DNA of 20,000 nt from Brevibacterium luteolum. GTDB taxonomy: Bacteria; Actinomycetota; Actinomycetes; Actinomycetales; Brevibacteriaceae. Below the pieces are notes generated by a model. It did no database searches. It had not been told where the DNA came from and was given only the letters and a program-made list of their open reading frames with translations. Positions 10,157 to 17,968 of the stretch are shown here, piece by piece. A program made the position numbers and the translations under genes. Numbering within the stretch: the first letter of the stretch is position 1; each line of letters starts with the position of its first letter. The stretch spans positions 58,677-78,676 of the forward strand of contig NZ_JABEMC010000010.1 of assembly GCF_013004595.1 (NCBI RefSeq), in the 5' to 3' direction.

Positions 10157-10594
10157 ATGAGCGATGTCATCACTGTCGTCGGTGCGATCTTCACCCGCGG
10201 GGAGCAGATACTGGCCTGTCGGCGCGCGCCGCACAAGGCTGCGGCTGGCAAGTGGGAGTTTCCCGGCGGCAAGGTCGAAGACGGTGAGACGCCGGCAGCT
10301 GCACTCGCCCGTGAACTGCGCGAAGAAGTCAACGTCGAAGTCACCGTCGGTGAGCTGCTCGTCCGCGAGACGACCCCCGCCTCGGGCGCGGCCCACAGCA
10401 ACGGCCCGGCGATCGACTTGGCCTGCTATTGGGTGACCGCCGCCGAGGTGCCGGTCGCCAGCGCTGATCATGACGCGCTGGTGTGGGTGGACCGGCATGA
10501 GATCGCCTCCCTCGACTGGGCCGAACCCGACCTGCCGGCCGTCAAGCTGCTGCGGGCCGGAGCTGCCTCAGGCGCACAAATGGTCAATAGATGA
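10157..10594 (+). CDS. Nudix (deoxy)nucleoside triphosphate pyrophosphohydrolase, NudG/MutT2-like
   Basis: Nudix box WEFPGGKVEDGETPAAALARELREEVNV, N-terminal VVGAIF...ILACRR and C-terminal DHDALVWV...LDWAEPDLP. TAGGCT lies 7 nt upstream. Confidence 0.92.
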   Translation: MSDVITVVGAIFTRGEQILACRRAPHKAAAGKWEFPGGKVEDGETPAAALARELREEVNVEVTVGELLVRETTPASGAAHSNGPAIDLACYWVTAAEVPVASADHDALVWVDRHEIASLDWAEPDLPAVKLLRAGAASGAQMVNR

Positions 10595-10676
10595 GGGTCG
10601 AGGCCGGGGTCACCCAGGCTTTAATCCTCGCGAGTATCGCCCACGCCGTGCTCCTGGGCCAGGCTAAAGTTAAAGT

Positions 10677-11147
10677 ATGGCTGCAGCAGGATCTCGCCAA
10701 TCTCGTCCGAGGTCGACCCCGGGAGCTTCCAGCGCAGGCCGCCGCCGCAACATGCAGGCCATTCGCCGGAAGAACACCAAGCCGGAGCTTAAGCTGCGTT
10801 CACAGCTTCATGCCCTGGGTTACCGTTATCGCTGCGACCTCCGAATTGACTTGCCTACCGGACGGGTTCGGCCCGACATCGTTTTCACACGCCGGAAGGT
10901 TGCGGTATTTGTAGACGGATGTTTCTGGCACAGCTGCCCTGAACACGGACGGCAGCCGAACGTTCACGAGTCGTATTGGGCACCGAAGCTCCGGAGGACT
11001 GTTGAACGCGACCGGAGAAATACAGAATCCCTAGCTCTGGCCGGATGGTACGTAGTACGGATCTGGGAGCACGTTCCGCTCGCAGAGGCGGTAACGTCAG
11101 TTATAGAAGCAGTCAGGATTCAGGATCGGCGATTGAACATTGAGTGA
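10677..11147 (+). CDS. vsr: Very short patch repair endonuclease
   Basis: RRNMQAIRRKNTKPE, RPDIVF, AVFVDGCFWHSCPEH, YWAPKL, RDRR and GWYVVRIWEH. Confidence 0.95.
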   Translation: MAAAGSRQSRPRSTPGASSAGRRRNMQAIRRKNTKPELKLRSQLHALGYRYRCDLRIDLPTGRVRPDIVFTRRKVAVFVDGCFWHSCPEHGRQPNVHESYWAPKLRRTVERDRRNTESLALAGWYVVRIWEHVPLAEAVTSVIEAVRIQDRRLNIE

Positions 11148-12120
11148 TGAGATGGCACGTGACGAGCTCCTTTTCGCTGCCGGTAAGGATTACCGGTCCG
11201 CGAATGATCCCGAGGTCATAGAAGTCAGGCAGGAGATCCTGAACATGGACCCCGGCGGTACCGTGTTCGCCGACGTCATCCGCAGGTCATTCGACCAGCT
11301 TTATGACGGCCGGAATACCGGGCGTTACAGTACCGAGCAACTGTATAAGACCGAGAAGTCTCACTTCGGTACGCTCCTGGAAATCAACTTGCAGCGCGCA
11401 TTGGACATCCCTAGCGGCAACACTCTGGACTTCCTGATCGCGGGCCACGAGGTCGACTGCAAATTCTCGTTCACTAGCCAGTGGATGCTGCCGATCGAAT
11501 CGTTTGACGAGATAGTTCTCGTAGTGACCGCGAATGACTCTAAGTCTCTCTGGAGCGCTGGTCTCGTCCGTGTCACTGAAGAAAACCGCCGGAAGAGCTC
11601 GAACCGGGACCGGAAGACCAGCCTAAATGCGCGCGGCCGCGATGACATCTGCTGGCTTTATTCTGACGCTCCCATACAGCCAAACGCACTGCTCAAGCTA
11701 CCGAAGGAAACAGTCGACTCAATACTGGCCCAGTCCGGTGGAACGACTCGCCTTTGCGCTCTCTTCCGAAGTGCCCAAAACACCCGGCTGACAAATAACA
11801 TCATCGCCACTGTCGCTCAGCAACTCGACTACATGAAGCGAGTGCGATCTAACGGAGGGGCGAGGGATATCCTCCGGACGGAGGGATTCGTTATCCTCAG
11901 CGGTGACTACACAGAGCACCAGCGGTTCGCATTCGGCCTCGGAGCGACTGTCCCCCAGAAACACGAACTCGTCAGTGTGCGCGTCGCGCCCGTCCGGTCA
12001 GCTGACGGCACCGTGCGCTGGCGGCTAGCGGACGCCGACGAGAAACTCACCGAGGCCGCACCCGACTTCAACGACAAGGAGAATCCGCCTTCGGCCGCTC
12101 CGAGAAGTGAGGAAGCGTAG
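11140..12120 (+). CDS. NaeI-family Type II restriction endonuclease (predicted GCCGGC)
   Basis: DQLYDGRNTGRY...QLYKTEKSHFGTLLEINLQR, D...IAGHEVDCKFS, WMLPIES, NRDRK and IATVAQQLDYMKRVRSNGGARDILRTEG closely follow R.NaeI as I recall it. Start is TTG 11140 (overlapping vsr) or ATG 11152. Confidence 0.92.
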   Translation: MSDEMARDELLFAAGKDYRSANDPEVIEVRQEILNMDPGGTVFADVIRRSFDQLYDGRNTGRYSTEQLYKTEKSHFGTLLEINLQRALDIPSGNTLDFLIAGHEVDCKFSFTSQWMLPIESFDEIVLVVTANDSKSLWSAGLVRVTEENRRKSSNRDRKTSLNARGRDDICWLYSDAPIQPNALLKLPKETVDSILAQSGGTTRLCALFRSAQNTRLTNNIIATVAQQLDYMKRVRSNGGARDILRTEGFVILSGDYTEHQRFAFGLGATVPQKHELVSVRVAPVRSADGTVRWRLADADEKLTEAAPDFNDKENPPSAAPRSEEA

Positions 12121-12124
12121 GCGC

Positions 12125-13120
12125 TTAGCTCACTGCCCGAAGCACCCGCTCGCTTTCCTTCTCCGCTCCGGTGCTTGCCCCGAGCGCGACCGCGATCGAC
12201 TCGCCGATAGCTTGTGCAACCGGAGGCGGAAACGCGTTCCCAATCTGCCGATATACCGATGTCTTGCGACCCGAGAACTCCCAGTCCGCAGCAAAACCTT
12301 GGATTCGTGCCGCCATTGGATTGGTAAGCCGCGGAATGTAATCTTCGGGTAGCTCGGGACCGGGGGCTTCATCGGCAATACCTCGTCCGTCGACACCCAG
12401 CTCCAGCCAGGCCTTCTTGGCTCGAGTCGGGCCAAGATCCGCTCCGCCATGCTTGCGCGAACCGCCCACTAGAGTCGGCGCAATTCCATTTGCGCGCTCT
12501 GCCCAAGCGGCCGCCCCGGCCCAGCCTCGCGAGCCCATCATGGAACCGAGGGCTTCACCAACAGTCGGTGGCGTGCCAACTGGCTTAGGCCATTCAAAGT
12601 TCCGGAAATGTGGTCGCTTCAGCGCCACCAAAATGAAGCGGGGACGCAACTGCGGGACCTGATACTCACTCGAGTACAGCAACTGCCAATCTGCGTCGTA
12701 ACCGGCCTTATCGAGCGCTTCAAGGATTGAAGACCGGTAAGTGTTGAAGCGCGCAGATGCCAGCCCTCTCACGTTCTCTAGCATGACGGCCTCTGGCTTT
12801 GCCTCTTGTACGAGGCGGATTGCCTCGGGGAAGAGGTCGCGTTCGTCCTCAGCCCCAAGTTGCTTCCCCGCAAGGCTGAACGGCGGACAGGGCACTCCAC
12901 CTGCGAGCAAGCTGATACCTCGGTAATCCCGGCCGTTCACCTCCCGCACGTCGTCCGCCAGCACGTCCCATCCCGGCCGGTTAGCTTTCAGCGTCGCTGC
13001 AGCATCCTGGTCGATTTCGACTGCAAGCTCATGATTGAAACCTGCTCGTTCGAGCCCGTACGACTGCCCACCAGCGCCGGCACAGATCTCGAGCACGCTC
13101 AGACTCGTTGCGGATTTCAT
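12125..13120 (-). CDS. dcm: DNA (cytosine-5)-methyltransferase, M.NaeI/M.NgoMIV-like
   Basis: Motif I ICAGAGG, IV GGVPCPPFS, VI ENVRG, VIII PQLRPR and X RQIGNAFPP. The target-recognition region APTLVGGSRKHGGADLGPTRAK is typical of GCCGGC methylases. Confidence 0.95.
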   Translation of the reverse strand: MKSATSLSVLEICAGAGGQSYGLERAGFNHELAVEIDQDAAATLKANRPGWDVLADDVREVNGRDYRGISLLAGGVPCPPFSLAGKQLGAEDERDLFPEAIRLVQEAKPEAVMLENVRGLASARFNTYRSSILEALDKAGYDADWQLLYSSEYQVPQLRPRFILVALKRPHFRNFEWPKPVGTPPTVGEALGSMMGSRGWAGAAAWAERANGIAPTLVGGSRKHGGADLGPTRAKKAWLELGVDGRGIADEAPGPELPEDYIPRLTNPMAARIQGFAADWEFSGRKTSVYRQIGNAFPPPVAQAIGESIAVALGASTGAEKESERVLRAVS

Positions 13121-13209
13121 GCTGCCTATCCTCTCATCACTCTCTTGCCTGACCTAGCTCACTCACCGATGAGCCACCAAGTGGTCTTGCATGGCCTGTC
13201 ACTCCACTC

Positions 13210-13232
13210 ATACTGGCATCGACCACTGACAA
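13210..13232 (-). promoter_or_regulatory. RecA-NDp/PafBC-like promoter motif upstream of the methyltransferase
   Basis: The minus strand reads TTGTCAGTG-N8-CAGTAT against the consensus tTGTCRGTG-N8-TAnnnT (one mismatch in the -10). Confidence 0.35.
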
Positions 13233-13324
13233 CGTGGCAGACGGTGCTCAGGACACCTGTCAGTAGCCGAGATCAAGAGGGATCTCCAACGCGGGAGAGC
13301 AGGGTCAACGCTGACACACGGAAA

Positions 13325-13398
13325 TTGCAGAATCAACGATGAAACCGTTGCAGAATCGACGATAGAACCCTTGCAGAGTGGGTAATGGATCCGTTACA
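13325..13398. repeat. 23-bp-period direct repeats ending in ACA (transposon-end-like)
   Basis: TTGCAGAATCAACGATGAAACCG / TTGCAGAATCGACGATAGAACCC / TTGCAGAGTGGGTAATGGATCCG / TTACA, starting at 13325, 13348, 13371 and 13394. Confidence 0.8.
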
Positions 13399-13420
13399 AC
13401 GTAAGTGATGCTCCGTTGGA

Positions 13421-13474
13421 GACGTCCCCGCGGGGACGTCGACTGTGTCCAGAAAACGTCCCCGCGGGGACGTC
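13421..13474. repeat. Two tandem perfect palindromes (terminator/REP-like)
   Basis: GACGTCCCCGCGGGGACGTC (13421-13440) and ACGTCCCCGCGGGGACGT (13456-13473). The second abuts the stop codon of the AceE-like gene. Confidence 0.85.
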
Positions 13475-15944
13475 ACCGGCCGAGCAGATCGAGTGCCGCC
13501 GAGGCGATCGAGGCGGTGTCGATGCCGTGGATCGCATACGCCTCGGACACCGAGGATGCCTGACCGAACTCGGTGACGCCGAGGTTGCGGGCACGATCCC
13601 CGCGCACGCCGGGGAGGAACGACAGCGTGTGCGGGTGGCCGTCCATGACAGTGACGAGCGGAGCAGGGTGCTCGGCGGGGAAGAGCACGTCGACGATGCT
13701 CGTCGCACCCATCCCGGCCTGCGCACCACCGAGCCGCCCGCGGGCCTGCAGCGAGCGGAACACAAGACTCGGGCTCGTGATGCACACGACGCCGGCCCGG
13801 ATGCCCCGCTCAGCAAGGTAGTCTGCGGCCTGGCACACCTCGGTCATGATCGCACCGGCACCGACGAGGGTGATGTCGTCCTCGGCAGCCGGGTGGGTGC
13901 TGAGCCGGTAGCCGCCGGAGATGACATGCTGGCGGCGGCGCTCACGCTCGATCTCATCGTCCGGCACCCGTGCGAGTCCCTGGTCGACCGGGCGGGTCGA
14001 GAGCCGGAAGTACGCCGAGTGTCCGTCAGGCCTGCCGACGTGGCGCATGGATTCGAGCAGCGTCCATTCGAAGTCCTGTGCAAACGCCGGCTCCCAGCTC
14101 GTCAGCCCCGGAATCTCCAGCGTCGCCGACGGGGTGTTGAACGACTGATGCGCCCCACCCTCTGGTGCCAGCGTGACACCGGAGGGTGTGCCGATCATGA
14201 TCGACTGACCACCGGCGTACAGGCCGAAGGTCCACGGCTCAAGCGCCCGGTTGATGAAGGGGTCGTAGATCGTGGCGACCGGGATGAGCGGCTGACCCCA
14301 GCGCGAGAACGTCGAGCCGAGCTCGCCTGCCAGGGAGACGAGATTGACCTCGGCGATGCCGAGTTCGATGTGCTGGCCGCTGGAGGCCTCCTGCCAGCGC
14401 AGCACTCGCTCGCGGTCATCGGCGAACCAGTCCTGCCGGCCGGCGATCGACCACACGCCGGTCTTGTTGATCCAGCCGCCGAGGTTCGTCGACGTCGCAA
14501 CGTCGGGGCTGAGGGTTACGACGCGCTCGGCGAGCTCGGGTTGGGCGCGCTTGAGGTCGGACAGCACGCGGCCGAGTGTCGCCTGGGTCGAGGTGATGGC
14601 CTTGTGGGCGTACCCCAGCTCGGCGGGCACGTCACCCACCTGGTGGACAGGCGCCGGCGGGCGGGTGAGCCGCTGTGCCGTCGAGCGGCATACCTCGGCG
14701 GCGGACGATTCCGGGGCGAAGCGCGCCCACGGATCCTCCAGCGAGGTGCCCGAGAGCTCAGCGAGCTCGCGCATCTGGCTTTCGGTCAGCTGGGCTGCGT
14801 GGTTGTTCGGATGTCCCTCGGTGGCCAGGCCGCGGCCCTTAATCGTATAGGCGAAGATGACGGTCGGGCGGGTGTCGTCGATCTGCCGGAACGTGTCGAT
14901 GAGCGCAGGGATGTCGTGTCCGGCGAGGTCGCGGATGACCTCGGCGAGCGCACGCGGGCTCAATGAGGCGATGACGTCGCGCAGCACTGCCGCCTCGTCT
15001 GAATCGAGGCCGGCGAGCATGCGTTCGTGTAGCTCATCGGGGTGGCTGCGCAGCAGCCGCTGATACTCCTCGTTGGGCATGTCCTCCATCCGCTGAGCGA
15101 AAGCCTCTCCGCCCGAGGCGGCGAAGAGCTTCTGGATGCGGGTGCCCCATTTGCACGTGAGCACCTGCCAGTCGGCGGCGGCGAACATGCCCTGCAGGCG
15201 CTGGATCTGCACATCGGGGATGACGCGGTCGAGGGACTGGCGGTTGAGGTCGACGATCCACACGACGTTGCCGAGTCCGCGCACCTCCGGGTCGATGATC
15301 GCCTCCCAGACCGCGCCTTCGTCCATCTCCGCATCACCGAGCAGAGAGATGAAGCGACCGGCCTCCGGGGTCTCGGGGAAGCGGTCGCGCAGATAACGAT
15401 GCGACAGGGCCGCCCAGATCGGGGCGGTCGCACCGATGCCCACCGAACCGGTGGAGAAGTCGACGGTGTCCGGATCCTTCGACCGCGACGGATAGGGCTG
15501 CAGGCCGCCCTTGGCGCGCAGCGAGGGCAGATAACGTTCGTCGAGGTCGCCGAGCAGGTAGTTGATGGCGTGCAGCACCGGAGAGGCGTGCGGCTTGACC
15601 GAGACCCGGTCGGCTGCCGTGAGCTCGTGGAACCACAGCGCGGTCATGATGCCGACCATCGAGGCCGACGACGACTGATGCCCGCCGACTTTGACGCCGT
15701 CGGTGTTCTCACGGCCCCGGTTGGCCGCGTCGATCATCGCGGTTGAGAGCCACAGCACCCGCTGGGCGATCTCGTCAAGGACGGACGCGCCGGTGGCCGA
15801 GGCGGAGGCGGAGAGCGGGCGGGAGTTCACGCTCGGCGGGTCGAGCTGGGTGGAGGTCTCGAACTGCTGACGGTCCTCGCCCTGCTCATCGACGGGGTCG
15901 TACTGGGCGCCTGCGGCCTGGGGGTTATCGGGGTTGAGCTGCAT
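13473..15944 (-). CDS. ThDP-dependent pyruvate/2-oxoacid dehydrogenase E1 (AceE-like, transketolase superfamily)
   Basis: KVGGHQSSSAS, KPHASP, DFSTGSVG, ThDP motif GDAEMDEG...VDLNRQSLD, AYTIKG, HIELGIAE and TPSGVTLAPEGGAHQS. The start is placed at ATG 15944 (GAAGGA upstream), giving 823 aa. Confidence 0.88.
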   Translation of the reverse strand: MQLNPDNPQAAGAQYDPVDEQGEDRQQFETSTQLDPPSVNSRPLSASASATGASVLDEIAQRVLWLSTAMIDAANRGRENTDGVKVGGHQSSSASMVGIMTALWFHELTAADRVSVKPHASPVLHAINYLLGDLDERYLPSLRAKGGLQPYPSRSKDPDTVDFSTGSVGIGATAPIWAALSHRYLRDRFPETPEAGRFISLLGDAEMDEGAVWEAIIDPEVRGLGNVVWIVDLNRQSLDRVIPDVQIQRLQGMFAAADWQVLTCKWGTRIQKLFAASGGEAFAQRMEDMPNEEYQRLLRSHPDELHERMLAGLDSDEAAVLRDVIASLSPRALAEVIRDLAGHDIPALIDTFRQIDDTRPTVIFAYTIKGRGLATEGHPNNHAAQLTESQMRELAELSGTSLEDPWARFAPESSAAEVCRSTAQRLTRPPAPVHQVGDVPAELGYAHKAITSTQATLGRVLSDLKRAQPELAERVVTLSPDVATSTNLGGWINKTGVWSIAGRQDWFADDRERVLRWQEASSGQHIELGIAEVNLVSLAGELGSTFSRWGQPLIPVATIYDPFINRALEPWTFGLYAGGQSIMIGTPSGVTLAPEGGAHQSFNTPSATLEIPGLTSWEPAFAQDFEWTLLESMRHVGRPDGHSAYFRLSTRPVDQGLARVPDDEIERERRRQHVISGGYRLSTHPAAEDDITLVGAGAIMTEVCQAADYLAERGIRAGVVCITSPSLVFRSLQARGRLGGAQAGMGATSIVDVLFPAEHPAPLVTVMDGHPHTLSFLPGVRGDRARNLGVTEFGQASSVSEAYAIHGIDTASIASAALDLLGR

Positions 15945-15997
15945 TGCATCTGTCCTTCGCTCGGCGGCGATGTCTCGTCCACGGTAGAGACTACCCG

Positions 15998-16056
15998 CCG
16001 GGTGGGTGGTATCAGCCACCCGGTGCAAGCGCCAGGCAGGGGTGGCTCCTCCTGCT
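15998..16056 (-). terminator. Two GC-rich hairpins between acdS and the AceE-like gene
   Basis: CCGGGTGG...CCACCCGG (15998-16023) and an imperfect CAGGCAGG...CCTGCTG (16033-16057). No U-tract. Confidence 0.35.
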
Positions 16057-16079
16057 GTTTCACAGCGGGTGTGCTGGGG

Positions 16080-17099
16080 TCAGTCGAAGATCGAGCTGTA
16101 GGCGTTGAGTGCGAGCTGCCCGCCGAGGTGGGCGTAGAGGACGGTGGAGTCGCGGCTGAACTCGCCGGCCTCGGCCAGGCCGATGAGGCCGGCCATCGAC
16201 TTGCCTTCGTAGACGGGGTCGAGGATGACGCCTTCAAGTTCGGCCGTCGTGCGGATCGCAGCGATCGTCGAGTCGTCCGGGATGCCGTAGGCCGGGCCCT
16301 CCCAGCCGGTGCGGATGTCGATCTCGTCGTCGCGCAGCTCGCGGCCGAGGTCGATGAGGCCGGCGGTGTGGCGGGCGATCCGGCCGACCTGGTCGCGGGT
16401 CTTGTCGATCGTGGCCGAGGCGTCGATGCCGATGACCGTGCGCTTGACGCCGGTCTGCTCCTCCAGCAGCGCGAACCCTGCGATCATCCCGGCGTGCGTG
16501 GAGCCGGTGACGGTGCACACGACGATGGTGTCGAAGACGATGCCGAGCTCTTTTTCCTGTTCGGCGACTTCGAAGGCCCAGTTGGCGAACCCGAGTCCGC
16601 CCAGCGGGTGCTCGGAGGCGCCGGCTGGGATCGCGTAGGGTTTGCGGCCCTCGGCTTCGAGTTCGGCGATCGCGTTCTCCCAGCTCGACCGGATCCCGAT
16701 GTCGAAGCCGGCCGGGTCGAGGCGCACATCGGCACCGAGGATGCGGGAGAGTTCGATGTTGCCGACCTTGTCGTTGACCGGGTCGTCCCAGTCGACCCAC
16801 TTCTCCTGCACGAGCCTGGCCTGCAGGCCCAGGTGCGCGGCGATGGCGGCGACCTGGCGGGTGTGGTTGGACTGGTAGCCGCCGATCGAGACGAGCGTGT
16901 CAGCCCCGGAGGCGAGGATGTCGGGGACGATGTACTCCATCTTCCGCGTCTTGTTCCCGCCGAAGGCGAGCCCGGAGTTGACGTCTTCGCGCTTGGCCCA
17001 GATCCTCCCGGCGCCGAGGTGATCGCTGAGTCGCTGCAGCTGGTGCACCGGGCTCGGTCCGAAGGTGAGGAGGTACCGCTCGTAGTCGCTGAGTGCCAT
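16080..17099 (-). CDS. acdS: 1-aminocyclopropane-1-carboxylate deaminase
   Basis: [19 protein letters not shown] (PLP lysine), [36 protein letters not shown] and YAHLGG. The last two carry the Glu and Leu residues that distinguish AcdS from D-cysteine desulfhydrase. Confidence 0.96.
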   Translation of the reverse strand: MALSDYERYLLTFGPSPVHQLQRLSDHLGAGRIWAKREDVNSGLAFGGNKTRKMEYIVPDILASGADTLVSIGGYQSNHTRQVAAIAAHLGLQARLVQEKWVDWDDPVNDKVGNIELSRILGADVRLDPAGFDIGIRSSWENAIAELEAEGRKPYAIPAGASEHPLGGLGFANWAFEVAEQEKELGIVFDTIVVCTVTGSTHAGMIAGFALLEEQTGVKRTVIGIDASATIDKTRDQVGRIARHTAGLIDLGRELRDDEIDIRTGWEGPAYGIPDDSTIAAIRTTAELEGVILDPVYEGKSMAGLIGLAEAGEFSRDSTVLYAHLGGQLALNAYSSIFD

Positions 17100-17177
17100 G
17101 GCCTGGATCCTTCCGTTCGACGGCCGCTGATGCTGCCGAGACGATCACGTCGTCGGGACCGCATCGGCACGTCGATC

Positions 17178-17211
17178 TGCAGAATGCAGCTCGATATACA
17201 ATATATTGCAT
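17178..17211. promoter_or_regulatory. AT-rich divergent promoter/operator region
   Basis: TGCAGAATGCA and ATATACAATATAT inverted repeats between acdS and the GntR gene. Confidence 0.5.
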
Positions 17212-17326
17212 ACCGCCACACGGTAGCATGACTGCTGAGGGCGCAAGCTCAGCTGAAGACGATGTGCACCCGAGTGAGACACCGCTGCCAGCCGATGGCA
17301 GCACTGCCGGATGTGGAGGTGATGTG

Positions 17327-17968
17327 ATGCCGGTGCCGACTGCCGGTGGACTACCGCGGCGCGCGCTGCTACGCGACGACGTCTATCAGGCGATCCGCGA
17401 TGCGATCGTGCGCGGGGAGCTTACGCCCGGTGAGCAGCTGCGTGACGCCGAGCTCTCCTCCTGGCTCGGCGTCTCCCGCACCCCCATCCGCGAGGCGCTG
17501 CTGCGCCTGGCCCGCGCCGGTCTCGTCACCGCCGAACCCGGCCGCGCCACCCGGGTCACCGTCGAGGATCCGGCGGCGATCGCCCATGCCCAAGCCGTCG
17601 CCGCTGCCCTGCACGCGCTGGCGATGTCACTGGCCGCGCCCCACCTCGGGCCCGGCGACATCGCCGAGATGGAAACCGCCAACCATGAGCTGGCCGCAGC
17701 GCTGCGCGAGCGCGATGCCGAGGCGGCCATCGCCGCCGATGACGCTTTCCATACCGTCGCGATCGCGCGAGCCGGCAACCCGATCCTCGACGCACACCTC
17801 GAAAGCGTCACCCTCATGCTCAGGCGGGCGGAGTTCCTGCACTTCGATGCGATGAGCGACGACTCTGTGCAGCAGCACGGGCAGATCCTCGCCGCGCTGC
17901 GCGCCGGCGACACCGAGGCCGCTGCGGCGCTCACGCGCGAGAACTGGCTGACGATCATCACCTCCTGA
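17327..17968 (+). CDS. GntR-family (FadR/FCD) transcriptional regulator
   Basis: LRDDVYQAIRDAIVRGELTPGEQL...LGVSRTPIREAL helix-turn-helix and an FCD domain (DDAFH...AGNPIL...QHGQILAAL). The start is placed at ATG 17327 after GGAGGTG (213 aa). Confidence 0.93.
   Translation: MPVPTAGGLPRRALLRDDVYQAIRDAIVRGELTPGEQLRDAELSSWLGVSRTPIREALLRLARAGLVTAEPGRATRVTVEDPAAIAHAQAVAAALHALAMSLAAPHLGPGDIAEMETANHELAAALRERDAEAAIAADDAFHTVAIARAGNPILDAHLESVTLMLRRAEFLHFDAMSDDSVQQHGQILAALRAGDTEAAAALTRENWLTIITS

Larger units (their letters stand above)
7850..13400. mobile_element. Lower-GC accessory/defence island (boundaries approximate; no integrase or transposase visible)
   Basis: Visible shift to A/T-ending codons relative to the flanks, R-M/vsr/hypothetical cargo, and a repeat array at the right edge. 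Confidence 0.6.

Noticed and set aside
8092..12120. Integron-like cassette array of co-oriented genes
   Set aside because: No shared attC-like repeats between the genes and no integrase.
13325..13474. Possible mini-CRISPR array
   Set aside because: The 23-bp units are contiguous with no spacers, the palindromes are only two copies 15 nt apart, and no cas genes are present.
17093..17326. N-terminal extension of the GntR ORF, and similar extensions of nrfD (to 3484) and the AceE-like gene (to 16028)
   Set aside because: They run through promoter regions or neighbouring genes, and better starts with RBS-like sequences lie downstream.
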